A stretch of 64,000 nt of DNA from Schmidtea nova (lineage: Eukaryota), in assembly GCA_044892505.1 (NCBI GenBank), contig CM097882.1:204042001-204106000 (forward strand), in the 5' to 3' direction. The position numbers and the translations under genes are program-made. Below the pieces are notes generated by a model. The model was not told where the DNA came from, ran no database searches, and was given only the letters and a program-made list of their open reading frames with translations. The stretch's first letter is position 1. Each line of letters begins with the position of its first letter. Below are positions 36,371 through 48,989 of this stretch, in pieces.

Positions 36371-39300
36371 AAAGATTTGTTGGGCAAAAACTACAAATTG
36401 TTTTAATAAAGCGATAACCCCATAGGTAGAGAACGCGCAAGATTCCATTTTAACCCAAGCATCCATTAAAAATCCAAACGATTAAGTGGAAAACACCAAA
36501 AGGTGAAGTGGACTCTAAACACATCAACCAGTAGAGAACGCGCTAGCTGTGAGTCTGAAAGTCCTTACATTGAAACCTCGAGAAAAATTAAAAATCGACA
36601 AAGGAAGAACGTTTGAAAGTTAGAATTGGCGGAAAACCCATTGAAAATATCCATAAAAAACGAAATTGTGTTATAAAACCTTCAGTGCAGGAAAAATTAA
36701 CAAAACTTTAGCCGAAAACTGTGATTTTATCAAAATATTTCACATTAACAACAAAAAGAACTAATATTGATCGAAATATCGTAAATTAAATCAAATCGAA
36801 CAAATTTCGATTCAAAAATAAAAATTTAGAATTAAAATAAATCATTTGTGGTTTATAAAAAATTATTACACAAAAATATGGATTTAATTTTCGGAAAATC
36901 ATTAGAATTAAATTAGAAAAATTAAAAGGAAAATTCTAGAACAATTTGTTTTATTACACTAGTGAAGGTGATGAAAATCGATGGTATATATACCGCCATA
37001 AAAATAGAATTTATCAGAATTTGTGGAAAAAAATTTTTTTAGTTGAGAATTTGTGGAGAATTTAATAGAAAATTTGCATTTGTTACAAAGGTTGCAAAAT
37101 TTAGTAGAGAATTCACACTCGAGCTTGAAAGAGAAATTCGTCAACTCCGAATATTTGATTTTACCGAAAGAAGGAGAACTATCCAGGAGAGCCACAGCTA
37201 ACAGAATCTATTAAAACTACCTCGAAGAATCCAGAAAACTTAATTTCGTTTTCAAAGAGCCCATTAGGAAGTCGTTCTGAGCGTAAGGATTTCATCCTTT
37301 TATTTTTATTTTTATGTTATTATTCTTTTTATTACATACGCGTTATCGGTAAGGGAGGTCCAAAAAGTCATGCCCTTTGGACACCCCATGCCGACATCGC
37401 TCTTATTTAATTTATTAAGTTATTTATATTTTTATTTTTATTATTTTGTATATTGATAATGAAAATATTATAGTTATATGATTTTATCTCCTAAATTTTT
37501 GTTTATCATTAACATTGTCACAGGTTCTCATAATTTTAAATTTCAGTATGCTAAATGAAAGTTACCAAATAAATATTCTAAAATAAAAGTTATCAAATAA
37601 ATAATTTTTTTTTCTTCCGTACCCCCTGAAGCCTGTTTCTGGCCTTGTGCCGAGCGGGTGGAAGTAGCCTGAGCGGATCGCTGGTTCGATTCGTTAATCG
37701 ATCAGCCCATATTTCCGAGTCCAGGTGAATAGCCTAAACATCCATGTTCACTTCATCCCAACTGGGGAACAGTGGCTTGGCCAAGGGCAAGTTGTTATAC
37801 TAATGATATTTGATTTATAATAAATGTAGTTTATCCGAATTTATAATTTCTGACATATTTATCTTTTAAAAATTAATACCACATGTAAACTTAAAGACGA
37901 ATCTCTCCAGCAATGTCTTTTCCATTATGAAAAATAATTGTGCAAGAACATTTTACTCGTCGTCGCCTTCACTCTCGCAACAACTGTCATCTTATCCGAA
38001 ACGCAAGTAAATGGAAGCTAATGTTGGAAAAGAATCATATGAAATAATGCTCAAAACTGATATAATGATCACGAAATGAAATGAATTTAGGACAAGTATT
38101 GACTGATCTGAATTAAACCTCATTCATTATATAAATAATTTTTCTCCAGTGAACCTTGTTTTCGGGAGCCTGAAGTTCCTAAGTGAAGTGTCCCGAAAAA
38201 TTCGCGCGTACTTTGGTTGGGAAATTCTTGCTCGAACGAAACCGAAATTCACTTTACTTGATGTCGAAAAATATTCGTTGAAAAATTTATAACTTATTTT
38301 ATTTTTATTTTTATTCAGTATATAAAACTTTTAGGTTGAATGCTTATTTGGATTTCTAAATTTATGGATAAGAATTTATTATCATGATTTGGATTTCGTT
38401 TTTGATCATAAAAAATTAAAAATTTACTTGTTATTATATTGAAAAAATTTTTTATAATGAAAAATTGTAAACCAAAAATTTTCCTAATATTGTTATTCTA
38501 TAAAAGATTTTATCATTTCATAAAATTCCAGAGAATTTGTAAATTAAAAATTATATCGAAACTCATAAAAATTTTAAATCGAAAATATTATTATTATATT
38601 GAAAATTTTATCATTTTATAAAATTCAAAAATTTCGAAATTTCATAGAAAAATTTTACTATTAATATATATATACTTAAAATATAAAAATTCGAATCTAA
38701 AAATGTATATTATAAAGATTAGAAATTTTATTATTATATTACTTTCATAAAATTATAAATTTAAAATTTGTAAAAAGTATTATAAAAATTATTATTATTA
38801 TTTTAATTTAAAAAGTATTATTATTATTTTAATTCTAAAAATATTTTATATAACTTATATATAGTATATTATAACTACCCCCACGATATCTCAAAATCAT
38901 AACGCATCCCTAATTGCAAAAAATTACATCCATTTCATTCAATAACATCTTCCATACTAATACACAAGCAACATACATATAAAATACAATATACACACAT
39001 ACACAGTAGCATTTATTAGCATTCAACAATTATATACACACAAGCAAACCATACCGAAAAATCTACACAGTTATGTTAGTTAGCATCATACATCCAGTCA
39101 AACCTACAAGCATTCATATAATCACATCCATTCACTGAACCATTTTTTACCTAACATACAATCACAAATAGTTATGACAATAGAAAATATATCCTTAATA
39201 GTATACAAACACACAAACTTGAAAATCAACAATCTACCTCCTATGCCGAAATGTCATTACAAAATCCGGCATACTATAGTCAAATGTTTTACAAAAATTA

Positions 39301-39919
39301 TCATCCATATAAATTCAAATTTAAACTAGTAGTTTTCCCCTCATCAACTTCCTACGGAAAAATTCCCGGTCAATCCATATTCCTAAGAGCTATACCAGAT
39401 CCATTTTTAAGCATACCGGAATGTTTCGAACTAACAATACCAGCACACATTTCTCTTGTCAGTTGTACTATCATACGCACCATTAAATAAAAGTTCTTAC
39501 AAGTTCACTATCATAAAAAGAAGTTAAAAATACCATAACAAAAAGAAAAACATTTTTATTTATATCATTAAAAAAAAGGGATAAATTAATCTGATTCGAA
39601 AGTTTCCTAAATAATAGTTGGATTCTTCATCAAGGCATCCAGAATTTCGTTGTAGCGAGAATTTTCTTGTAACCCTTGCTGTTCCAAATTTCGATTCATT
39701 TTCTTCAAAACTTCTAAATTTAAAAAAATCAGATTAATGATAATTCTTAAATAATTATAAATGCTAACTTTGCGATAGAATTGGCATTTGTGCTTCGTAT
39801 GGGAAGAAATTTGAGTTTCTTTTGAATTATTCTCGGGAAAAGAGTCCGTGCCTGTTCCCACATTCCCCGACGATGCCAGCCTGTTGTATATCTAAACGTT
39901 AAATTGTTTTTTAATAGTA

Positions 39920-40068
39920 TAATTCATATTATCTAATTCATATTATCTAATTCATATTATCTACTTCATATTATCTAATTCATATTATCTAATTCATATT
40001 ATCTAATAATTCATATTATCTAATTCATATTATCTAATAATTCATATTATCTAATTCATATTATCTAA
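39920..40068 (+). repeat. 14-bp tandem repeat TAATTCATATTATC, ~10 copies
   Basis: Direct reading. Confidence 0.95.
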
Positions 40069-40414
40069 CTTATCCTGATGATTTTTTGGAATTTTGTTTT
40101 TCCTTGAAGATGAATATTAGTGATTTAAAACAAGGGAAATTTATTTTGGTTTAATTTATAAATAAAATTTTCGTGTATACGAATGAAAATTAAGGTCTTA
40201 GAATTTCAAATATAAATTGAAAATTTATTGTAAAGAATTTTTATTTTATTATTTATCATTAGTTTCGATATTCGAAAATTTAAGGGTACATTAGTGTTTT
40301 GACGCTCAGAATGATGTATTTGTATACAATAATAAATTTATAGTTATGTAAAATATTTATGTTGAATTTCCGGTTAAATTTTTATTGAAAGCTTGTAGGT
40401 AAATCGTCGAAGAA

Positions 40415-40648
40415 GGGACAAAATGGGCATGAAACCTTCTATCGGTAGCCCTTGGACCCAGGAGATATTCGGTCAATCATAGTTTCGTATTGACGACGCT
40501 CACTGATTGCGAATACCCACCCACTTGTTACAGTACCAACGTTACATAGTGACGGGTAACAAGATGGTAATTTCAATGTTTTATGTGTTGAGTTGTTGAT
40601 GAGAGCCATAGCAACGTCAAGGTCATATTGACGGTCAACAACTTACCA
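40415..40648. repeat. 230-bp end cassette, copy 2
   Basis: Near-identical to copy 1. Confidence 0.9.
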
Positions 40649-40849
40649 GATTCTTCGATTCCCGAATTGAGTTTGCGATGCTATGTTTGAGCATGAGCTT
40701 GTGGATAAAATGAATGCGCGGAAACTCCTTTTTTTTGAGATAATACCGAGCATAATAATTGATTGGGACAAATTAATAAATTTTAATTGATAAAAATACT
40801 TCATTTTTGTTAATTTAAAATATATATCTGCAGTTAAATCATGTGAGAA

Positions 40850-41084
40850 GGGACGAAAATGGGCATTAAACCTTCTATCGGTAGCCCTTGGACCCAGGAG
40901 ATATTCGGTCAATCATAGTTTCGTATTGACGACGCTCACTGATTGCGAATATTCACCCATTTGTTGCATTACCAACGTTACATTGTGACGGGCAACAAGA
41001 TGGTAATTTCAATGTTTTATGTGTTGAGTTGTTGATGAGAGCCATAGCAACGTCAAGGTCATATTGACGGTCAACAACCCACCA
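40850..41084. repeat. 230-bp end cassette, copy 3
   Basis: Near-identical; ~200 bp after copy 2. Confidence 0.9.
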
Positions 41085-43850
41085 TTTTACTTTTATTTTT
41101 ATTTAGTATTTACGATTTATTTTACTTTTATTTTTATTTAGTATATAGAAATTTTAGATTGAATTCTTATTTGGATTGCAAAATTTGTGGATAAAAATTT
41201 ATTATTATGTAGATTTTGTTTTGATCATAAAAATAAAAATTTACTTTTTATTATACTACGAAAAATTTAACATGAAAAAATTGTAATCCAAAAATTTTCC
41301 TAGGAGTTTGTAAATCAAAAACTATATTGGAACACATGAAAATTATAAATCGAAAATATTGTTATTATATCAAAAATTTTATCATTTTATAAAATTCCAA
41401 ATTCGAAATTTCATAGAAAAATTTACAATTAATATGTATATCCTTAAACTATAAAAATTAGAATCCAAAAACTTATATTACAAAAATTTGAAATTTTATT
41501 GTTAAATAACATTTATAAAATTATTTTAAAATCTAGTAAAAAGAATTGTAAAATTACTATTATTATTTTAATTCTAAAAATATTTTATGTATAAATATAT
41601 ATTGTTTTATAAAATACCCCAGCCCCACGATATCACCAGTCATATTACATCCATATTTGCAAAATAATACATCCATTCCATTCAATAACACCATCCATAC
41701 TAATACCAGGTGCAACATTTACTTAAATACAACACACACACTACCACATTTCAATCAATAGGATCTTCTATGCTAAATAATACAATAAACAATACATCCA
41801 CTCACCAATATACACAACGCAATTTCAGCTAACAGTATCCACTAGCATCGTACATCCAGAATATCCCCACAAATATTCATACAATCACATCCATTGTTTA
41901 TCGCCTATTACAGTAGTATCATTCCCAACATACCAGCACACGCAATCACATAAAATCATAACAATAGGGCATTCATTTCAAACGTACTATAGTATATACA
42001 TACACACACCTCTGAACTTATTTCAATTTACCTCACTAAACCACAACACGCCCCACATCCATACAAATTCGATTATAATTCCCTTCGACAAAAATTGGCT
42101 TTGATATGTACCCATTAGTAACCCAGCTAACCCAACAAAGACCCCTAGGATAATAATTGACCCCTAAAAGCTCTTAAATAAACTCCGAAACCAGAATTAC
42201 CTCTCCCAAAATCGACCATAAACGTTACCTAGTATTCGAAGCATAGTTCAAACTACTCAGTAATCATAATATACAACAATCAGTAGGAAAACAAAAATTA
42301 TTAGTCAAAGGAGCACATATGAGTATAACATATTTTGTTGTAATAAATTTTATCAAAAACAAAAATTCGGCAAATTGAACTTTAATTAGTCCCAAATAAA
42401 CCCCCGGATAATCTGCAAACCAAGAACTCACATTGTAAGTCAACGGCATATGAAATCTATGTCCCATTCATTTGTTAACCTGCTAACGATTTGTATCCAT
42501 ACCTAATAGCAATCTTTATTAGATTAGAAATATGTTTTTGTGTTGCACCGTTGAAAGACGACACAACCGATTCATAATAAAATCATAGATTAGTACTAAT
42601 AATGATAACAATAAAATAAAAGACATTAAAAAAACTTTATTTTCAACAAATTATATACAATTTCAAAACAAAAATTATAGGAATCTGTGTTAAGTTAATC
42701 CAAATCGAAGTTAGGACAAATAGATAAAAATAATTAGGTAACAAACCCTGTTACAGCAAGGGTAGATTTAAATCCAAAGCGAAAAGTTTCATGAAAAATC
42801 TCCAAATGAAATCCAGCAATTGTGGTAAAACGTCATAATAAGTTAAGCTTAAAGATCAAAATTATGTCATTAAATAAAATGAATTAATATTGAAATTACT
42901 TTAGTTCGGAAAACATTAAACAATTTTTTCCCTTCTTTTATCTTCTGATATGTAGGAGCAGTGATTTATATTAACGTTCGCTACCGTCCTGTGGAGAAGT
43001 GATTCTCCACCTCAGGAGATTTGAGCCACTAAAAGGGGAAAACTGTAATTATAAACATAAAAATTTGGATATGACTTACCAGCTTGAAAATAATAATTGA
43101 TGGAAATCTTCTTCCTAAAAATAACTATCTAAAATCAATAGTTATAATATAGAATTTAAATTGTTATAATAGAAATTACCCAATAGAAATCAAGGAATTT
43201 TGCTTACCCGTCTATATAGAATTTCTTTCGATCGGGGGAACATGGATATCCTTGACGGGAAGAGGTAGGAATTTTATTCTATAGGTGAGATAAAATTAAG
43301 GATGTTAAATGTTGACAAAAACCTGTAAAAAACCTTAAAATTTTTTTTAATATTAAGTTAGTAACAAATTATGTAATAACTTGTTGCCGTTGTCAAGACC
43401 TCGGCAAATTTTCGAAAATTAAATAAAATTAAAGTTTAGCAAAATTATAGCTATATTATTTTCGCAAGATAGACATTAGGTATAGGGGATAAGGGAAATT
43501 TTAGTTAAATTTACTGAGATAAAAATATATAAATTTAAAAGTCTCGAAAATAATAAAGTTTGGTTAAAATCGTCAAAAAATCAAATACCCTGAATATGTG
43601 TGATGATCAAGGATTTTTCGATCCTCGAATTGAGCTGGCGATGGTATACTTGAGGATAAGCTTGTAATTAATAGTGAATGTGTGGAAATTCCTGTGTTTT
43701 GAGATAATATTGTGTATAATAGTTGGTTGTGAAAAATCAATAAAGGTTCATCGATAAAATTATTTTATCTAACTAATTTAAAATGAATATTTGATATTAA
43801 ATTATAATGTTAGATGATGACTTAAATGCGTTTTGAATGTGTGATTTTAG

Positions 43851-44396
43851 ATGTCAGAAATGAACCTGGAACAAAATTTTGAGGAGATGCGCCGGTTGAT
43901 TTTGGAAAATGCCCGACATAATCGCCGGGTAGATCAGTGCTTCGCCGAGATGGAAAAGGCGAAAACATCAAACTCCGATGCTTTGCAAATTATGACCTCC
44001 CGGATGGAGAAATTTCGAGCGCGGTGCAGAGATATGGAGTCGACCTGGTCCGACAAGGAGACCGTCGACAAACTGAAGAAGCAGAATCAGATGCTTCTAC
44101 AACAGGCTGCGGAAGACTCAATGAGATTGCGTGCATGCGGTGTTACGTAGCAAGAGCAGGAGCTCTTGATCGAGAAATTGAGGGTGGATAGCTGCATTAT
44201 CACCACAATCTTGCCGAAATTATCGTCGCCACCCCAAGAATTGTTTCCAGTGAGGGTCGAAGAAGAGATCCGGACGCCTCCGGTTCCGGCGAAATTGACG
44301 CGGCAGAAACCCAACAAAGGAGTGAGGGCTCGACGAAGACGTCGTCAGGAAGCGAGATTGCTGGGGCAAATACGCAGAGTCCTCAGAAGTGATTGA
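43851..44396 (+). pseudogene. GC-rich 181-codon reading frame (coiled-coil, proline-rich, then basic tail) broken by one TAG; function unknown
   Basis: ORFs 43851-44150 and 44166-44396 are in the same frame; acceptor-like gattttag precedes the ATG; GC far above flanks. Confidence 0.5.
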
Positions 44397-44646
44397 CATT
44401 ACGTTATTGTGATTTGAATCGAACTAATAATATTTCATCTTGTGAATAATGTTATATTTATTACCTTATTTTGTAGTTTATGTTATTGTTTTTGTTGAAA
44501 TTAGAGTTTTTCTTTTGTGTTTGAAATATTTAATTGTTTGAATGCGTGAAGGGATTAAATTGAATAGAATCAATCTGAAGTTCAGTAGTAAAATTTTAAC
44601 TCGATATAACTTATGATTTTTTTTTGAAATGAAATAATGCATTGGA

Positions 44647-44880
44647 GGGACAAAATGGGCATTAAACCTTCTATCGGTAGCCCTTGGACCCAGGAGATAT
44701 TCGGTCAATCATAGTTTCGTATTGACGACGCTCACTGACTGCGAATACCCACCCATTTGTTGAATTACCAACGTTACATTGTGACGGGCAACAAGATGGT
44801 TATTTCAATGTTTTGTATGTTGAGTTGTTGATACGAGCCATAGCAACGTCAAGGTCATATTGACGATCAGCAACCCACCA
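44647..44880. repeat. 230-bp end cassette, copy 4
   Basis: Near-identical; ends the repeat copy at 41100-44880. Confidence 0.9.
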
Positions 44881-45859
44881 TTATGATAGAAACAGAGATA
44901 GAAACAGTACAGTTAGATTCGAAATTCAAAGTGTGTAAATTTGATGAAAAATGAATAGATGGTTAAATCATTGAAATTGAATGAGGAAAACTTGACAGGT
45001 ATAGATTAGCTAATGGCAAAGAACATGGTGATTAGGAATCGGTCAGAAAATGTTTAGAAAGAGTCGAAAAGCATGCATATGTGTAAAAGCAGAAAATCGT
45101 TAATTAAATAATGGCTAATAAAAAACCAGAGCCAATGGAGAACCCAAGCGATGAAGGAAACCCGACCTCAGCCAACAAAGAGAGTAAACAAAGTGGATTT
45201 CGGAAGGCTATTATCTCGACAGTAAGATTATTGGCATAAACAGAAATTGGTTGTTATCAAGGAACAACACAAGAACGAAATAAATCACTATTATTGCTCA
45301 AACAATATTCGAAAAATCGATGAACCAACCAATGTAAGATTAGGACAATTGGCCAAAAACTTATTAATCAAAATGATTTTTCGCGAAATAAATAAATTCG
45401 AAATTGAGAGCAATCGATTTTTTCGCTTCAGTTAGGAAAAAGAAACGGAACTTAGGAAAAAGGAGATAGAATCAATAAAATATTAAATTGTAGGAAAACG
45501 GCAAATTAGAATATTTGACAAAATAGTAGAAAGTGAAAAAGAGTTGAACCAAGAAGAAATCAAAGTATTAAAGTAAAAAGTTCAATCAAGAGAAAACTAG
45601 TATATGAGGTGATTTTTTTTGTACAGCACACAACGTCAAGATATCACATAGCGGATCTCTATTAAATAATTAAGGCGTGTTGTCATTTTGTATAATCGGT
45701 GGATTATAAAAATGTTGAAATAATTTAAAACAAATATACATTAGAAGTGTTAGTAGTTATTGATTTATAAAATAAAGCGAGTCAGAGATACCAACGACTA
45801 GTATTTAAATTAATTAAAAGTATTTAAATTAGTAAATTAAGTAAAAAGCCTTGTTTTTC

Positions 45860-46690
45860 GATCTTGGTCATTAAGCTCTACATATCAGAAAGCAAATAAA
45901 AGTTTGGATAAACTTAAAGAAAGTTTATTTAATAATGGTTATTCTTAACATTTTGTTGAGAATCTTACTAGGGATACTCTTACAAGACAATTTTTTATAA
46001 AGAAACCTATAAATAATGAAGTAACTGAAGATTTGGAAAAGTTGGGCATACCTAATAAATTTCTCATTTTACCGTATTCAGAAGGTAGTAAAGATTTGAA
46101 AAGAAGTATCTTATCTGTTACGAAAAGAATCCCGAAATTCAAAATAATTTTTAAATCATTCGCATTAAATAACTTGTTCAAGAATAAAAATGTTACACCG
46201 TCAGCCCTTTGTTCGAATGTAGTTTATCAATTTAATTGTAATGGGTGTAATGCCACATACATTGGAGAGACTGCCCGTCATCTCTGTACTCGCATTGGTG
46301 AACATTCTGGACCTAATGGTGTCAGTAATATTTGTGAGCATGTTAAAAAAATCTGTAAAAATACAATTATCGATGTTAAAGATTTTAAAATTGTGAATAT
46401 AAAATTTTCCAGTTACTGGGAAAGAGTGGTTTGTGAAGCTTTGTATATCAAATCTTTGGATCCTAAGATTAATTTACAAAGTGAGACAACAAATCTATTG
46501 AGTGTGTTTAATTAGAAGAGAGGGAAAGAAGAAAAATATTTTATTTTTCATTCTTTAAATTTGCACAATGCGTATAGTAGTTACTTATATTTGACCGCAT
46601 AATTTGTTTAAATAATCGATAATTTTAGGAATGAAGATGATGGTTATACCATCGAAATATATTTCCCATAAATATATTTTGAAATAGCAA
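45860..46690 (+). mobile_element. Penelope-like retroelement 3' fragment (RT thumb + GIY-YIG endonuclease)
   Basis: LKESLFNNGYS*; NVVYQFNCNGCNATYIGETARHLCTRIGEH...ICEH...ERVVCEALYIKSLDPKINLQ. Confidence 0.88.
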
Positions 46691-46734
46691 ATTGGTCTTT
46701 TTAATAATAAATTGCCATTATTTTTCAGATAAAC

Positions 46735-46740
<6 letters not shown>

Positions 46741-46800
<60 letters not shown>
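46741..46800. repeat. (TA)n microsatellite; others at 7481-7557, 8273-8337, 22147-22221, 63127-63184, 63852-63903
   Basis: Direct reading. Confidence 0.95.
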
Positions 46801-46805
<5 letters not shown>

Positions 46806-47601
46806 AGTGTTATGCGCTGTTACGAAATTATTATTGGCATATAGGGAATAATACCCCGCCCCTACCACTTCATGAATGTTAACTGACTCACTCATGTACC
46901 GATAGTTACTCTTGATACCATATTGGTAATGCACACGGATGCGAAATCTAGTGAGTAGGTGAACTTTGTTGCCAAAACTACTCATCACGATTTTCTCACT
47001 TTCGGGTTCCTTCTGCCAACAGAAAGACTTACAGACATATTTATTTTTCGGTCAATTCACACGATTAATTCCAAGCTCTTAATCGCTTTATCCTATCTCG
47101 GATCTATGATTATTTGTTCCCCAAAACGTTTGAATAATCATCCTGCCCGTATCCACCAGACTGCTTAAACCTACTTTTGATGACCTCAAGTTTACCCATT
47201 TAATTATTATATTCTACGGCTTATACCTCGCATTCGCCTGGCGAATGGTAGGACCAAAGCTGCATGGGAAACCGGGCGAATTTACCCTACACGGTGTCAT
47301 AACCAATAATTAATTTAGGTTAGGGAAAATCACGTTGAACATAGAATGAGTACAAATTAATATCATATTTCAAATGTTTATTAAGCAAAATCATCTAAGT
47401 TACATATGTAAATAAATTAACATTAAAAAGTATAAACAACAATTTCACATTAAATTAAAAAAATAGAAAAATAAGTAAAATTTGATCTTTGTTTTAGTAT
47501 TCTAAATTTAAATAAACTTTTGTTAAATTTATATATTTTAATTTCAATTTTTTGTGAAAATTGTCACTTAATATTTATTTCAAATTAATTGTCATTTTCA
47601 G

Positions 47602-48005
47602 ATGTATTTGAATTTCATTCAAACAGTTTCTCCTGATGCCACACTGAAGCATTATTCTAATGAGATAGATTTAAATGTGTTGAAAGAAACGTTTTCAAAT
47701 CTTCAAATCGCAAATTTTGCTATGGATATTGGTGGATCTCTTGTGAAAATTGTCTATCAAACTAAGAAACAATTCAAGAGAAAAATTCCGGTTTGTGAAA
47801 AAGTTTCATACAAATATGTTGACAGTGATGCCGAGCGAAACAGTCTTTGTTTTATTAAGTTTGAAACAAAATATCTTTCAGAATGCCTACATTTCATTAT
47901 TGAAAATATCGTACCACCGTCATTTATGAATGAAAATAAAGATTATAAACCTCATTTGAAAGTGACAGGAGGTGGTGCAACTAAATTCAAAGATTTACTG
48001 TCAAA
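47602..48005 (+). CDS. PANK4: PANK4-like type II pantothenate kinase, first visible coding exon
   Basis: FAMDIGGSLVKIVY, CFIKFETKYLSECLHFI, KVTGGGATKFKDL; cattttcag acceptor before and GT donor at 48006 (phase 2). Confidence 0.88.
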
Positions 48006-48989
48006 GTAAATATAGATATTGATTATGTAATGTAATTATAAAACTTAGTTTTCATTAATATTATAATTTAATTTCAAAGTTTTTTAATAAGATATTTGCT
48101 ACCAGTTATCAACTGATTTAACAAATTGTAAATGAATATTAAAAATTATTACATCAGTAGGATAACAATATATTACAAATTTCAACTTTTCTTAAAGGAC
48201 AATGATGTTATGAGAATTTTTAGAATTAATTAAGTATGCTGATTGTAAATATAGAGGCCGTTTTTGCTCCAAAACAATTATTTTTTTGAAAAATTAATTT
48301 TTGAATTTTATAGGTGTTTTTTGGGAGAATAAATAAAAAAGTATTTAATAGAATATGAAGCCATATTATCTCTTTCGTCATATTGTTTTTATAAAGAAAT
48401 GTGAGCAAAAACTGGTTGCACATAACTTTCACCCCAGGGGCCCTCTCCAAAATGTTGCAGGATCATTTTTTTAATGCACAGGCGGCTTCTATAATACCTG
48501 CACTTTGTACTGGAAAATCTTAACTTTTTGTAATTTTAAATTTATAAATATTTTTCAAGAATTTCTCTTAAATGCAAAGAAAAATTATTCAGGTCATGGA
48601 GAATGACTTACTGATTAAAATGAAGTAATAATAAGAAATCGAAATTTTGGCACTAAAACCAATTACCGGTATTTCGCTATTCAATTTTGTCAAAACCACA
48701 TGTACTGCCTCTGTACTGGCACAATTTAGAATCAACAAAAAACGCTCTGGCACAAATTCGAAAAGCAATGCAATTCAAGATGGAGTTCGAACAGAAGAAA
48801 AACTCAGCACCAATATATTTTCTTTCAAATAAAATTTTGTTGTTATCGATGATTATTTGTTCAATCACGATACCACAATCCAGTTTTTAATATCGGTATT
48901 TCGAAAAAAAACTCTTAAAAAAAACTATTAAAATAAACAAAAAACAATAAGTATTTATTTCAATAAATAATGACAGTAATACAAAAACA

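Larger units (their letters stand above)
36378..40648. repeat. Tandem unit B of the modular repeat
   Basis: Same module order as unit A; ends in cassette copy 2. Confidence 0.75.
41100..44880. repeat. Further copy of the modular repeat
   Basis: AT block, ccccacgatatc + CA tract (41620), gttgccgttgtcaag (43383), gcaagatagac, end cassette. Confidence 0.75.

Noticed and set aside
41025-41084. Hammerhead-like three-way junction in the 230-bp cassette (TTGATGAG...GTC)
   Set aside because: No GAAA or proper stem II, and the TGATGAG core is not conserved in copies 1 and 4
44900-45600. Purine-rich possible ORF relic (MANKKPEPMENPSDEGNP...)
   Set aside because: Many stops and no recognisable motif; cannot be assigned
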